From assembly GCF_024223415.1 (NCBI RefSeq), contig NZ_CP100500.1: a stretch of DNA of 64,000 nt. The stretch is one strand, 5' to 3'. The notes under the pieces were generated by a model. That model saw only the letters and a list, made by a program, of their open reading frames with translations. It was not told the DNA's origin and did no database searches. Shown here one piece after another: positions 9,195 through 19,739 of the stretch. This DNA is from Escherichia coli. GTDB taxonomy: Bacteria > Pseudomonadota > Gammaproteobacteria > Enterobacterales > Enterobacteriaceae. Within the stretch, counting starts at the first letter, position 1. Each line of letters starts with the position of its first letter. A program made the position numbers and the translations under genes.

Positions 9195-10310
9195 TTAAAT
9201 AAGGCGTGCGTGACATTTTTTTGGGTTAAGCGTCTCGTATTGAAATACTTCGAATTGATATTCAGACATTTCTGCCCATGTTTGAATTTTATTGTATCGG
9301 GAGAGTGTCGTAAAGGCTTTAACTTGCTTATAACATTGTTTTTGGAATTCTTGCTGATATTTTAATATGTCGTTGTATGAAAGATTGGTTATCCTGGCCT
9401 CTAAAAATTTAATTATTGTCGAAGCAATTTCCGCTTTTGCTCGTAAAAAGTTGTCATTAATGGTTAATAATGTTGAAAATAAACCTTCGATTTGTTTGTC
9501 AAGATATTGTTCGTCTTTATATAATTTTGGGGTAGGGTGTTCTTTATGTGAAAAAATAGTGTCACCTAAATTTGCGTCAGTGAAATTTATATTAAGTAGA
9601 TCTTCGAAATAAAACCTTGACAAGGTTAGAACGAACCCGGACAGGTTCTGTCCTGTCATATTGAAATCAATAAAGTTGGTTCCGGCAAAGACTTTCATCC
9701 TGTTTTTATTTTCACTGTGCTCAATATATAACTTCGTCATTTTTTGATACAGGCTTTGAATATCTTTTATATTAGTCGGTAAGTCAGCTCGTTGTTCAGC
9801 AATAAAATTAGTATCTGAAAACATGGTTTGGACACTGAATATTACTGGTATTCCCTCTTCTACGCTAATTTTAGTTATGATTGCCTTGTCGGGTTTAGGA
9901 TTAGCGACAACAATGATTCGACATTCAGCACTTTTGTTCTTTTCGTATCTAATGTTATTAATTTGATTAAGTATTTCCTGTGCCTGCCGCGTAAGTGGTG
10001 TCGAACTTATCGATTCAATGTTAGTAATAAGACTTACAAGTTGAGCCACAACTTTTGAGTAGTCTGCATCTGTATATTTGGTGTTCGTGCGGCACGCATA
10101 AATTTGTGGGAGGTGTTGCCGCGCTAAATCATATTGTTCAGGGTTGTATCCTTCTCCAGAGAATGTGGAATTAATGGGTTGTTGTTCTTCCCGATTATCA
10201 CAAGGCCACATCGGTGTGTCTGGTGTTTTAACATTGTCGGTATCTGTTGTGCGGTTATAAATATCGCCGTGATATGTATTTATCATACCTGGGGTAAAGT
10301 CAATTGACAT
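9195..10310 (-). CDS. yhiS: YhiS-type protein, apparently intact, with pentapeptide-repeat-like tract
   Basis: 371-aa ORF in AT-rich DNA; central tract [20 protein letters not shown] ... [10 protein letters not shown] has pentapeptide-repeat periodicity; no IS sequence interrupts it. Confidence 0.65.
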   Translation of the reverse strand: MSIDFTPGMINTYHGDIYNRTTDTDNVKTPDTPMWPCDNREEQQPINSTFSGEGYNPEQYDLARQHLPQIYACRTNTKYTDADYSKVVAQLVSLITNIESISSTPLTRQAQEILNQINNIRYEKNKSAECRIIVVANPKPDKAIITKISVEEGIPVIFSVQTMFSDTNFIAEQRADLPTNIKDIQSLYQKMTKLYIEHSENKNRMKVFAGTNFIDFNMTGQNLSGFVLTLSRFYFEDLLNINFTDANLGDTIFSHKEHPTPKLYKDEQYLDKQIEGLFSTLLTINDNFLRAKAEIASTIIKFLEARITNLSYNDILKYQQEFQKQCYKQVKAFTTLSRYNKIQTWAEMSEYQFEVFQYETLNPKKCHARLI

Positions 10311-10889
10311 AACATTCCTTATTCATCATCTGTTTTATGCTAAGATTTTTAAATTGGATAATTAGAGCAGGAATGGATTTTCTTCTACGCACAATAAATA
10401 TCATGCGTCATATCTTCCTGATATAATTACCTTTGACTTCCCTTTTATCTCCACCCGGTAATATTTGTGTATAAAAAAGGGCATTGATAGTATCGTAAAG
10501 GAAAACGTTAACAACTATCAAAAAGCGCTCATTTTAAAAAGTTATGATGTTCTCCGATAGTGTGTGAAATGATATTTTTGTGATGTTTTAGATGTGTAAT
10601 AATGAACCAGGTTAAAGTGTATTTAAAAATGTGTTGTATTAGCGACTGAAATCTGCCTTTTAAAAAGGAGGAGGGTACTGAGACAAAGAGATATTGCTTC
10701 TCCGATAAAATGTAAGAGAAGCATGATTGCGTGGTTATTGTTTGTTGATGACTTGCTGACCGAGCCGTCATCATTCTCAATGCATTAGTTAAATTATTTG
10801 TGATTTTTAAGGATTATCCTGTCTATGATTTTCTACTTAGAAGGATATGGCACTAACTATGCATCTTATAGTTTACTGTTGGCATCTAT

Positions 10890-11903
10890 TTAAAATAGCA
10901 TTTGAGTCAAATAGCCCATCAAGATAGCCATACCTAATATAACGGTCAGGAATGCAGCTATCATCGGCATTCTGAACATTGATTTAAGCAATATCACTTC
11001 CGTCAAACTTGCTCCGGCACTGCCGATGATTAATGCCATTAATGCTCCCAGACCCATTCCTTTGGTCATCAAAACAGATGCCAGAGGGATAACTGCCTCT
11101 GCCCGGATATATAGCGGAATACCAACAACGGCGCTCAATGGGATGGCGAAGGGATTATCTGCCCCTGCATGAGCGGCAATCCACGCTGAGGGAATAAAGC
11201 CATAAATAAAAGAGCCTATTAATACCCCTAACAAAAGATATGGCAGTACATCTTTAAACTGTTGCAACGCATCTTTGGTGGCTAGTTTTATGGGATTAAT
11301 ACTTACCACAGTTTTGGTATTGCAACAGTTAACTACGGGTTTCTCAATGGCTTTAGCCGTTGGACTACAGCAACTCACTTCTATTGGCGTATATGTCGTC
11401 CCCGGCAAAGTTTTTGCCGACGCTTTGGCTGGAGCACAACAATTTGCTGATGAGCTTTTACTGGCAATGATATGACGTTCAAACCCCAGAGAATCCAGGA
11501 TAATACTGGCAAGAACGGAGACGCCGGTGGCGATAATCGCGTACAACAAGGTGACTTTCCAACCAAAGGTCACCCACATTAGTCCGACGATAATGGGATT
11601 AAGTAATGGTGAAACAAATAAAAAAGTGAGAGTCGGACCAAACCCGGCTTTCGCTGACAACAATCCACGTAGCATGGGTATTGTCGAGCAACTACAGAAC
11701 GGGGTAACGGCTCCCAACAGAGCAGCCAGGAGATAGCCTCTCCCTTTTCTCGCCCCCATCATCTGCTGGATTTTATGGTCTGGCACCTTTTGTCTTATCA
11801 GGCTGACACCGGCACTAATCACTATAAACAGCAAAGAAAGCTCGACGGCAAGAAACACAAACATCTCTGCGGCATCTTGCAGCATCGCAAGCCAATTACT
11901 CAT
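10890..11903 (-). CDS. ArsP-like (DUF318) permease with TPFCSCS motif and Cys-rich loop
   Basis: 337-aa polytopic membrane protein; motif AVTPFCSCSTIP in first half; hydrophilic loop with three vicinal Cys pairs (CCAPAK, SCCSPTAK, NCCNTK). Confidence 0.75.
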   Translation of the reverse strand: MSNWLAMLQDAAEMFVFLAVELSLLFIVISAGVSLIRQKVPDHKIQQMMGARKGRGYLLAALLGAVTPFCSCSTIPMLRGLLSAKAGFGPTLTFLFVSPLLNPIIVGLMWVTFGWKVTLLYAIIATGVSVLASIILDSLGFERHIIASKSSSANCCAPAKASAKTLPGTTYTPIEVSCCSPTAKAIEKPVVNCCNTKTVVSINPIKLATKDALQQFKDVLPYLLLGVLIGSFIYGFIPSAWIAAHAGADNPFAIPLSAVVGIPLYIRAEAVIPLASVLMTKGMGLGALMALIIGSAGASLTEVILLKSMFRMPMIAAFLTVILGMAILMGYLTQMLF

Positions 11904-12009
11904 ACGTAACCTCGTTGAATAAATCTATATTTCCAGAATAATCGAAATGAAATTCAGATCAAGATATTTCTGGTATTATCGAAATATCAACCAGACAGAG
12001 GGGGGTCAT

Positions 12010-12306
12010 ATGCAGTTGGAAGAAGTCGCTAAAGCGCTGAAAGAGCTAGGTCACCCGACCCGTTTGTTCATATTTAAACATCTTGTCAAAGCCGGGGAAC
12101 AAGGGTTGCCGGTCGGTGAGTTGCAAAAGCAGCTTGGGATACCTGGCTCCACACTCAGCCACCATATATCAGCACTGGTATCGGTAGGACTGGTCAAACA
12201 AAACCGTGAGAGTCGGACGCTGATGTGTGTTTCGCAATACGCAATGCTGGAAGCGATAATTGAATTCTTATGCGAGGAGTGCTGCGTAAATAGCAAAATT
12301 GCCTGA
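12010..12306 (+). CDS. ArsR/SmtB-family metalloregulator (second copy) with C-terminal CEECC
   Basis: ORF 11947-12306; likely start ATG 12010 (MQLEEVAKALKELGHPTRL...) after GAGGGGG; winged-helix ArsR fold signature; divergent from the permease gene. Confidence 0.7.
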   Translation: MQLEEVAKALKELGHPTRLFIFKHLVKAGEQGLPVGELQKQLGIPGSTLSHHISALVSVGLVKQNRESRTLMCVSQYAMLEAIIEFLCEECCVNSKIA

Positions 12307-12439
12307 TGCGTTACGCTCTACATATTTCATGCCATATATTGGATTTGCACGGTTTTGTAGGTCGGATAAGACGCGTTAGCGTCGCATCCGACATAAACAA
12401 AGCGCACTTTACCAACTATCGGCAGTGGATATCGCCGCT

Positions 12440-12865
12440 TTATTTCAGGCGCTTACCCGCTTCATCAACCACTTTCTCGCCATCTTCCTTGGAGAATGCG
12501 CCTTTTTGCGCATCTGGCAGAATTTCCAGCACCACTTCTGAAGGGCGGCACAGGCGAGTTCCCAGCGTCGTCACCACAATCGGGCGATTAATCAGAATCG
12601 GGTGCTGAAGCATAAAGTCGATTAACCGATCGTCAGTAAATTTATCTTCCGCAAGGCCCAGCTCCTCATACGGTTCGACGTTTTTACGCAGCAGCGCGCG
12701 TACGGAAATCCCCATATCGGCAATGAGTTTGACCAGTTCATCGCGCGTTGGCGGAGTTTCCAGATAATGGATAATGGTCGGTTCTGTACCGCTGTTGCGG
12801 ATCATCTCCAGCGTATTACGCGATGTGCCGCAGGCCGGGTTGTGATAAATGGTAATGTTGCTCAT
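12440..12865 (-). CDS. arsC: arsenate reductase ArsC (glutaredoxin-dependent)
   Basis: 141-aa ORF with catalytic Cys in HNPACGTSRN motif. Confidence 0.9.
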   Translation of the reverse strand: MSNITIYHNPACGTSRNTLEMIRNSGTEPTIIHYLETPPTRDELVKLIADMGISVRALLRKNVEPYEELGLAEDKFTDDRLIDFMLQHPILINRPIVVTTLGTRLCRPSEVVLEILPDAQKGAFSKEDGEKVVDEAGKRLK

Positions 12866-12877
12866 ATCAGTATCTCA

Positions 12878-14167
12878 TTACAAAGTGAAAGAGAGACGTA
12901 GCGCCAGCGCAGCCAGCGTCACAAACAGCACAGGCAGGGTCATGATAATCCCTGTACGGAAGTAATATCCCCAGCTGATAGTCATATTCTTCTGCGAAAG
13001 TACGTGCAGCCAGAGCAGCGTTGCCAGGCTACCAATCGGGGTGATTTTCGGCCCCAAATCGCAGCCAATCACGTTGGCATAAACCATCGCTTCTTTGATA
13101 ACGCCAGATGCCGTGCTGCCATCAATGGACAACGCGCCAACCAGTACCGTCGGCATATTGTTCATAATAGAAGAGAGGAAGGCGGTGAGGAATCCGGTGC
13201 CGAGCGTCGCGGCCCACAGGCCGTTATCCGCCAGCACGTTGAGTACGCCAGAAAGATATTCCGTTAGTCCGGCATTGCGCAGGCCATAAACCACCAGATA
13301 CATGCCGAGCGAGAAGATGACAATCTGCCAGGGCGCACCGCGCAGCACTTTACCCGTATTAATCGCATGACCGCGTTTAGCGACGACAAATAATATCAAC
13401 GCGCCCACTGCCGCAATGGCGCTGACCGGAATGCCGAGCGGTTCCAGGACGAAAAATCCCACCAGCAGAAGCAGTAAAACAACCCAGCCAGTTTTGAACG
13501 TAGCAGGATCTTTAATCGCTTCTGCGGGAGATTTCAGCAGCGCCATGTCGTAGTTCTGCGGAATATCTTTGCGGAAATAGAGATGCAACATCACCAGCGT
13601 GGCAACAATCGCGGCGATATCCACCGGCACCATCACCGAGGCATATTCGCGAAAGCCGAGGCCAAAGAAATCTGCGGAAACGATATTCACCAGGTTGGAG
13701 ACAATAAGCGGCAGGCTGGCGGTATCGGCAATGAATCCGGCCGCCATCACAAACGCCAGCGTAGTGCCTTTACTGAACCCTAAAGCCAGCAGCATGGCGA
13801 TGACAATCGGTGTCAAAATAAGCGCCGCGCCATCATTGGCAAACAGGGCGGCAACGGCAGCACCGAGCAGGACAATCCAGGTAAACAGCAAGCGACCGCG
13901 TCCATTGCCCCAGCGTGAAACGTGCAGTGCCGCCCATTCAAAAAAGCCGGACTCATCCAGCAGCAGGCTGATGATAATAACGGCAATAAACGCAGCCGTC
14001 GCGTTCCAGACGATATTCCACACCACCGGAATATCACCCGGATGGACCACGCCCGTAACTAACGCCAGTACTGCGCCGAGCGTTGCACTCCAGCCGATGC
14101 CTAAACCTTTCGGCTGCCAGATAACCAATACAATGGTCAGGACAAAGATAGCGCCTGCCAGTAACAT
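12878..14167 (-). CDS. arsB: arsenite efflux pump ArsB
   Basis: ORF 12878-14188; likely start [10 protein letters not shown] at 14167 (429 aa); 12-TM ArsB family. Confidence 0.9.
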
Positions 14168-14221
14168 AATGCCTCCTGGATAAAACACATGCGAAAATAC
14201 ATATGTGTTTAGCTAAATTTT

Positions 14222-14575
14222 TTAACTGCAAATGTTCTTACTGTCTACGGAACAATTTTGTCGGGCCAGGTTGCGGACAATCACCTGAACCTTTTCCTGT
14301 TCACATCGCCAGGCCTCATCAATAATTTTCGCCGCCCATACTGGAATATGTGGCGATAGGCGGTAATGAACCCACTTACCTTGCTTGCGGTCCAGCAATA
14401 GCCCGCTTTCACGCAGTAATGCCAGATGGCGGGATATCTTGGGCTGCGACTGATCGAGGGCAGTGCAGAGATCGCAGACGCATAACTCTCCCAGTTCGCT
14501 AAGCAGTAAAACGATGCCCAGACGGGTTTCATCAGCAAGAATTTTGAAGAGTTGGATGGGTAACAGAAATGACAT
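14222..14575 (-). CDS. arsR: arsenical resistance operon repressor ArsR
   Basis: 117-aa ORF with ELCVCDLC metalloid-binding motif and ArsR HTH. Confidence 0.9.
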   Translation of the reverse strand: MSFLLPIQLFKILADETRLGIVLLLSELGELCVCDLCTALDQSQPKISRHLALLRESGLLLDRKQGKWVHYRLSPHIPVWAAKIIDEAWRCEQEKVQVIVRNLARQNCSVDSKNICS

Positions 14576-14727
14576 ATTACGCTCCTGATTGCTGCAGGTA
14601 GTGTCTCTCTTCGAAGCGGATAAGTCAAAAACATATATGGTTTAACGAATGCGTGTGTGCAGAGGAAGGTAATAGGTGTGAATTTTGAGTTGGCTATTCA
14701 TTTGAAAGGAGGTCTGAATCAGGACGT

Positions 14728-14756
14728 AAAAAAACCGACTTTGCGTCGGTTTTTTA
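14728..14756. terminator. bidirectional hairpin terminator in the arsR-dinQ spacer
   Basis: AAAAAAACCGAC-TTTG-CGTCGGTTTTTT: stem flanked by an A-run and a T-run, so it can terminate either strand. Confidence 0.55.
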
Positions 14757-14860
14757 CTTTCCAGCCCAGAGTTGGTGGCTCTGGCTGGAGTGAGAATGCC
14801 ATCATCTAACGCATCAATGCTAATACCATACTGAAACTATTGCAAGGACATGCTGGTTTT
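14757..14860 (-). ncRNA. agrB: agrA/agrB-like antisense sRNA gene of the dinQ locus (boundaries approximate)
   Basis: Plus-strand segment GGCTCTGGCTGGAGTGAGAATGCCATCATCTAAC (14776-14810) is a direct repeat of a segment at 14978-15013 that lies inside the predicted dinQ transcript, so a minus-strand transcript here would be complementary to dinQ mRNA. Ends at the 14728-14756 terminator. Only one clear copy is seen. Confidence 0.35.
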
Positions 14861-14874
14861 ATAACCTGAATATA

Positions 14875-14890
14875 CTGTATGATTATCCAG
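14875..14890. promoter_or_regulatory. LexA (SOS) box of the dinQ promoter
   Basis: CTGTATGATTATCCAG fits CTGT-N8-ACAG with one mismatch in the right arm; flanked by TA...TT. Confidence 0.6.
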
Positions 14891-15083
14891 TTGGCTCTGA
14901 GGCATTTTCACTCTGGCAATGCGCATAAACGCTTTCAAAGTCCTGATCAGTGGTACGGGTGGTGCCGTTAACTGATGCTCTGGCCGGAGTGAGAATGCCA
15001 TTATCTAACAATAGGGCATGCGCCGTGACAGGCAATGGATGAGTAAGCGGATGCATTCTCACTCCATCGTATGGAGAACACGG

Positions 15084-15167
15084 GTGATTGATAAAGCAAT
15101 CATCGTTCTTGGGGCGTTAATTGCGCTGTTGGAACTGATCCGCTTTCTGCTTCAGCTTCTGAACTGA
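15084..15167 (+). CDS. dinQ: DinQ, SOS-inducible single-transmembrane toxic peptide (type I toxin)
   Basis: GTG-initiated 27-codon ORF encoding (M)IDKAIIVLGALIALLELIRFLLQLLN, which I recognise as DinQ; located in the arsR-gor spacer downstream of a LexA box. Confidence 0.6.
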   Translation: MIDKAIIVLGALIALLELIRFLLQLLN

Positions 15168-15183
15168 TAGCGGAAACGTAATT

Positions 15184-15214
15184 AAGGGCTAAGAGCACAC
15201 TACTCTTAGCCCTT
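15184..15214. terminator. bidirectional terminator between dinQ and gor
   Basis: AAGGGCTAAGAG-CACACTA-CTCTTAGCCCTT perfect 12-bp inverted repeat directly after the gor stop (15221) and the dinQ stop. Confidence 0.6.
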
Positions 15215-15220
15215 TAACAT

Positions 15221-16573
15221 TTAACGCATGGTCACGAACTCTTCTGCCGCCGTTGGGTGAATGGCGACGGTATTGTCGAAGTCTTTTTTGGTTGCCCCCA
15301 TCTTCAGCGCCACCGCGAAGCCCTGCAACATTTCGTCCATACCAAAACCAATGCCGTGAATACCGACAATCTTCTCTTCTGGCCCAACGCACACCAGCTT
15401 CATGCGGCACGGCTGGCGGTGAGTGGTGACGGCGGTATACATCGCAGTGAAAGAGGATTTATACACTTTCACCTGATCGTCGCCGTACTGCTCGCGCGCC
15501 TGCGGTTCCGTTAAACCAACAGTACCAATCGGCGGATGGCTGAAGACCACGGTCGGAATGTTGCTGTAATCCAGATGCTCATCCGGCTTGTTATTAAACA
15601 GGCGCTCAGAGAGGCGGCGACCCGCTGCAACTGCCACCGGTGTCAGTTCTACTGCACCCGTGTTATCGCCCACCGCGTAAATACCTTCAATGTTGGTGTT
15701 TTGATATTTATCGACGACGATATAGCCTTTTTCGTTGGTTTTAACGCCAGCGGCTTCGAGGTTGATGTTGTCATTGGCAGGCTCGCGACCAATCGCCCAA
15801 ATCAGGCAATCCACCGTTTCACTGTGACCATCTTCCAGCTCCAGCGTCAGGCTACCATCGGCATTTTTCACTACCGCTTTCGGGATGGCGTTGGTGTGCA
15901 ACTGCGGGCCTTCGGCGTTCATCACTTCGACCAGCGTTTCAGAGATCATCGGGTCGAAGCTGCGCAGCGGCGCATGTTTACGCACAAACAGATGCGTTTT
16001 CGCGCCGAGGCCGTTAATCACGCCTGCCAGTTCCACGGCGATGTAACCCGCGCCAACAACCGCCACACGCTCTGGCAAAGCAGGAAGGGCAAAGAAACCA
16101 TCAGAATCAATACCGTATTCCACGCCCGGAATATCCGGGTGGCTCGGACGACCGCCGGTGGCGATCAGGATATGATCGGCCGTGATGGTTTCGCCGTTTA
16201 CTTCAATGGTTTTGGCATCAACGAAGCGGGCAAAGCCTTTGATTACATCAACGTTATTTTTACCGAGCACGTTTTCATAGGAAGTATGAATGCGGTCGAT
16301 ATAGGCGGTACGGCTGGCGATCAACGTTTCCCAGTTGAATTTATTGATAGTGGTATCAAAGCCGTAGTCCGGGCCGTACATGTGGATCGCTTCACGGATT
16401 TGCGCCGCGTGCCACATCACTTTTTTCGGCACGCAGCCGACGTTCACGCAGGTGCCGCCCAGTTCTTTGGCTTCAATCAGCGCGCATTTCTGGCCGTACA
16501 TAGCCGCGCGGTTGATGGAGGCGATACCGCCGCTGCCGCCGCCGATGGCGATGTAATCATAGTGTTTAGTCAT
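15221..16573 (-). CDS. gor: glutathione reductase
   Basis: 450-aa ORF with GGGSGG FAD-binding motif and redox-active CVNVGC disulfide. Confidence 0.95.
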   Translation of the reverse strand: MTKHYDYIAIGGGSGGIASINRAAMYGQKCALIEAKELGGTCVNVGCVPKKVMWHAAQIREAIHMYGPDYGFDTTINKFNWETLIASRTAYIDRIHTSYENVLGKNNVDVIKGFARFVDAKTIEVNGETITADHILIATGGRPSHPDIPGVEYGIDSDGFFALPALPERVAVVGAGYIAVELAGVINGLGAKTHLFVRKHAPLRSFDPMISETLVEVMNAEGPQLHTNAIPKAVVKNADGSLTLELEDGHSETVDCLIWAIGREPANDNINLEAAGVKTNEKGYIVVDKYQNTNIEGIYAVGDNTGAVELTPVAVAAGRRLSERLFNNKPDEHLDYSNIPTVVFSHPPIGTVGLTEPQAREQYGDDQVKVYKSSFTAMYTAVTTHRQPCRMKLVCVGPEEKIVGIHGIGFGMDEMLQGFAVALKMGATKKDFDNTVAIHPTAAEEFVTMR

Positions 16574-16644
16574 GACAGAGTGTCCTTATCGTTGATTACC
16601 GCGATTGTAGCGCGAGACGTAATAGGTGCCAGCAATGGCTGCAA

Positions 16645-17487
16645 TTACTCCGGCACGATCCAGCTTACGGTGGCGTGCCCGGTGCCAGCTGGAACCAGTT
16701 TGCTGTGCAGCCACGGCAGCACGTTATTCATCTGCTGTTCCAGCTTCCACGGCGGGTTAATCACAATCATGCCGGAAGCGGTCATGCCACGGCGATCGCT
16801 GTCTGGCAGTACCGCCAGTTCAATTTGCAGAATTTTGCGAATGCCGGTCGCTTCCAGGTCGTGGATCATGCGCTTAATTTGCTGGCGCAGCACCACCGGA
16901 TACCACAATGCGTAAGTGCCAGTGGCGAAACGTTTGTAACCTTCTGCTATCCCGCTGACTACCGCCTGATAGTCGGTTTTCATTTCATACGGCGGATCGA
17001 TAAGGATTAAACCACGGCGAGAAACCGGCGGCAGTTTGGCCTTAAGCTGCTGGAAACCGTCGGATTTTTCGACGCGCGCACGGCTGTCTTTCTGAAATTC
17101 AGAACGCAGCAACGGGTAATCGCTCGGGTGCAGTTCGGTCAGTTGCAGGCTGTCCTGTTCGCGCAGTAGCTGGCGGGCAATCAACGGTGAACCGGGGTAG
17201 TAACGCAACTGACCGCTACGGTTAAAGTGTTTTACCACATTGATGTACGCCTCCAGCTCCGCAGGCAAATCGTCCTGCTGCCAGATACGGGCGATACCTT
17301 CGAGATATTCGCCGGTACGCTCGGCATGTTCGCTGCCTAACTGATAACGCCCGGCCCCTGCGTGGGTGTCGAGATAGAGAAACGGTTTATCTTTCTCTTT
17401 CAGCGACTCAATGATCAGGCTCTGAACGGTATGTTTAAGGACGTCGGCGTGGTTGCCAGCGTGAAAGCTGTGGCGATAACTGAGCAT
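16645..17487 (-). CDS. rlmJ: 23S rRNA m6A2030 methyltransferase RlmJ (YhiR)
   Basis: ORF 16645-17538; likely start MLSYRHSFHAGNHADVLKH at 17487 (280 aa); DPPY motif present. Confidence 0.9.
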   Translation of the reverse strand: MLSYRHSFHAGNHADVLKHTVQSLIIESLKEKDKPFLYLDTHAGAGRYQLGSEHAERTGEYLEGIARIWQQDDLPAELEAYINVVKHFNRSGQLRYYPGSPLIARQLLREQDSLQLTELHPSDYPLLRSEFQKDSRARVEKSDGFQQLKAKLPPVSRRGLILIDPPYEMKTDYQAVVSGIAEGYKRFATGTYALWYPVVLRQQIKRMIHDLEATGIRKILQIELAVLPDSDRRGMTASGMIVINPPWKLEQQMNNVLPWLHSKLVPAGTGHATVSWIVPE

Positions 17488-17598
17488 GGGTAAAGGTGTT
17501 CCGGTAAGTAAAAATCGGCCCGTATTCGGGGCGCACAAAAGCCTATCAGGACAGTATACCGAAAAGAGGCCGCCGCCGCGAAAGCGTAACGTTTCTCA

Positions 17599-17627
17599 TT
17601 GAAATTCACTACACTTAACCCCATGCT
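17599..17627 (+). promoter_or_regulatory. sigma-32 (heat-shock) promoter of prlC
   Basis: TTGAAA (17599-17604), 14-bp spacer, CCCCATGCT (17619-17627): a near-consensus sigma-32 promoter about 65 bp upstream of the prlC start. Confidence 0.65.
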
Positions 17628-17689
17628 ACACACATTATGTAAAGCGCCTGTTGAGCGCTTCCTTAACCTCTTTAACCAGGACTGCGCTA

Positions 17690-19732
17690 ATGACGAATCC
17701 GTTACTGACTCCCTTTGAATTGCCTCCGTTTTCTAAAATTCTCCCGGAACATGTCGTTCCAGCCGTGACTAAGGCGCTGAACGACTGCCGCGAAAATGTG
17801 GAGCGCGTAGTAGCGCAAGGAGCACCGTACACCTGGGAAAATCTCTGCCAGCCGTTGGCGGAAGTGGACGATGTGCTGGGGCGTATCTTCTCCCCGGTCA
17901 GCCACCTGAACTCGGTGAAAAATAGCCCGGAACTGCGTGAAGCGTACGAGCAAACCCTGCCGCTGCTGTCGGAATACAGCACCTGGGTAGGGCAACATGA
18001 AGGGCTGTATAAAGCGTATCGCGACCTGCGCGATGGCGATCATTACGCCACGCTGAACACGGCGCAGAAAAAAGCGGTTGATAACGCACTGCGCGACTTC
18101 GAACTCTCTGGCATCGGTCTGCCAAAAGAGAAACAACAACGCTACGGTGAGATTGCCACTCGTCTTTCCGAGCTGGGCAACCAGTACAGCAATAACGTCC
18201 TCGATGCGACAATGGGCTGGACCAAACTCGTTACCGACGAAGCGGAACTGGCGGGGATGCCAGAAAGCGCGCTGGCTGCGGCAAAAGCCCAGGCTGAAGC
18301 GAAAGAACTTGAAGGCTACCTGCTGACGCTGGATATCCCAAGCTACCTGCCGGTAATGACCTACTGCGACAACCAGGCTCTGCGCGAAGAGATGTATCGC
18401 GCTTACAGCACCCGCGCCTCCGATCAAGGCCCGAACGCCGGTAAGTGGGACAACAGCAAGGTGATGGAAGAGATCCTCACCCTGCGCCACGAACTGGCGC
18501 AACTGCTGGGCTTTGAAAACTACTCCTTCAAATCGCTCGCCACTAAAATGGCAGAAAACCCGCAGCAGGTGCTTGATTTCTTAACCGATCTGGCAAAACG
18601 CGCGCGTCCGCAAGGCGAAAAAGAGCTGGCACAACTGCGCGCCTTCGCTAAAGCCGAATTTGGCGTGGATGAGTTGCAGCCGTGGGATATCGCGTACTAC
18701 AGCGAAAAACAAAAACAGCACCTCTACAGCATCAGTGACGAACAGCTGCGTCCGTACTTCCCGGAAAACAAAGCGGTTAACGGCCTGTTTGAAGTGGTGA
18801 AACGTATTTACGGCATCACCGCTAAAGAGCGTAAAGATGTTGATGTCTGGCATCCGGATGTACGTTTCTTCGAACTGTATGACGAGAACAACGAACTGCG
18901 CGGTAGCTTCTACCTCGACCTGTATGCCCGTGAAAACAAGCGCGGCGGGGCGTGGATGGATGACTGCGTAGGCCAGATGCGTAAAGCCGACGGTTTGCTG
19001 CAAAAACCGGTCGCGTATCTGACCTGTAACTTCAACCGCCCGGTGAATGGTAAACCGGCGCTGTTTACCCATGACGAAGTGATCACCCTGTTCCACGAGT
19101 TCGGTCATGGTCTGCACCATATGCTGACCCGCATCGAAACCGCTGGTGTGTCTGGTATCAGCGGGGTGCCGTGGGATGCGGTCGAACTGCCGAGCCAGTT
19201 TATGGAAAACTGGTGCTGGGAGCCTGAGGCGCTGGCGTTTATCTCCGGTCACTATGAAACCGGCGAACCGCTGCCGAAGGAGCTGCTGGATAAAATGCTG
19301 GCGGCGAAGAACTACCAGGCGGCGCTGTTTATTCTGCGCCAGCTGGAGTTCGGCCTGTTCGATTTCCGCCTCCATGCCGAGTTCCGCCCGGATCAGGGAG
19401 CGAAAATCCTCGAAACTCTGGCAGAAATCAAGAAACTGGTTGCCGTAGTACCGTCTCCATCCTGGGGCCGTTTCCCGCACGCTTTCAGCCATATTTTCGC
19501 TGGTGGTTATGCCGCAGGTTACTACAGCTACCTGTGGGCCGACGTGCTGGCGGCAGATGCCTTCTCGCGCTTTGAGGAAGAGGGCATTTTCAACCGTGAA
19601 ACCGGACAGTCGTTCCTCGACAACATTCTGAGCCGTGGCGGTTCAGAAGAGCCGATGGATCTGTTCAAACGCTTCCGTGGGCGTGAACCGCAGCTGGATG
19701 CGATGCTGGAGCATTACGGCATTAAGGGCTGA
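17690..19732 (+). CDS. prlC: oligopeptidase A (M3 zinc metallopeptidase)
   Basis: ORF 17651-19732; start assigned to [14 protein letters not shown] at 17690 (680 aa); HEFGH zinc-binding motif present. Confidence 0.95.
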   Translation: MTNPLLTPFELPPFSKILPEHVVPAVTKALNDCRENVERVVAQGAPYTWENLCQPLAEVDDVLGRIFSPVSHLNSVKNSPELREAYEQTLPLLSEYSTWVGQHEGLYKAYRDLRDGDHYATLNTAQKKAVDNALRDFELSGIGLPKEKQQRYGEIATRLSELGNQYSNNVLDATMGWTKLVTDEAELAGMPESALAAAKAQAEAKELEGYLLTLDIPSYLPVMTYCDNQALREEMYRAYSTRASDQGPNAGKWDNSKVMEEILTLRHELAQLLGFENYSFKSLATKMAENPQQVLDFLTDLAKRARPQGEKELAQLRAFAKAEFGVDELQPWDIAYYSEKQKQHLYSISDEQLRPYFPENKAVNGLFEVVKRIYGITAKERKDVDVWHPDVRFFELYDENNELRGSFYLDLYARENKRGGAWMDDCVGQMRKADGLLQKPVAYLTCNFNRPVNGKPALFTHDEVITLFHEFGHGLHHMLTRIETAGVSGISGVPWDAVELPSQFMENWCWEPEALAFISGHYETGEPLPKELLDKMLAAKNYQAALFILRQLEFGLFDFRLHAEFRPDQGAKILETLAEIKKLVAVVPSPSWGRFPHAFSHIFAGGYAAGYYSYLWADVLAADAFSRFEEEGIFNRETGQSFLDNILSRGGSEEPMDLFKRFRGREPQLDAMLEHYGIKG

Positions 19733-19739
19733 TCATTCA

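Noticed and set aside
10529..10780. 83-aa minus-strand ORF in the AT-rich spacer between yhiS and the ArsP-like permease gene
   Set aside because: No RBS, low-complexity translation, no family resemblance; more likely part of an AT-rich promoter region. Not excluded as a small gene.
15536..16915. 459-aa plus-strand ORF spanning the gor/rlmJ region
   Set aside because: Lies antisense to two confidently identified genes (gor, rlmJ); the translation is low-complexity and Arg/His-rich with no family resemblance. A typical antisense shadow ORF in GC-rich coding DNA.
17702..19492. Minus-strand ORFs of 266 aa and 303 aa inside prlC
   Set aside because: Antisense to oligopeptidase A, whose HEFGH motif and full length are intact; no recognisable domains.
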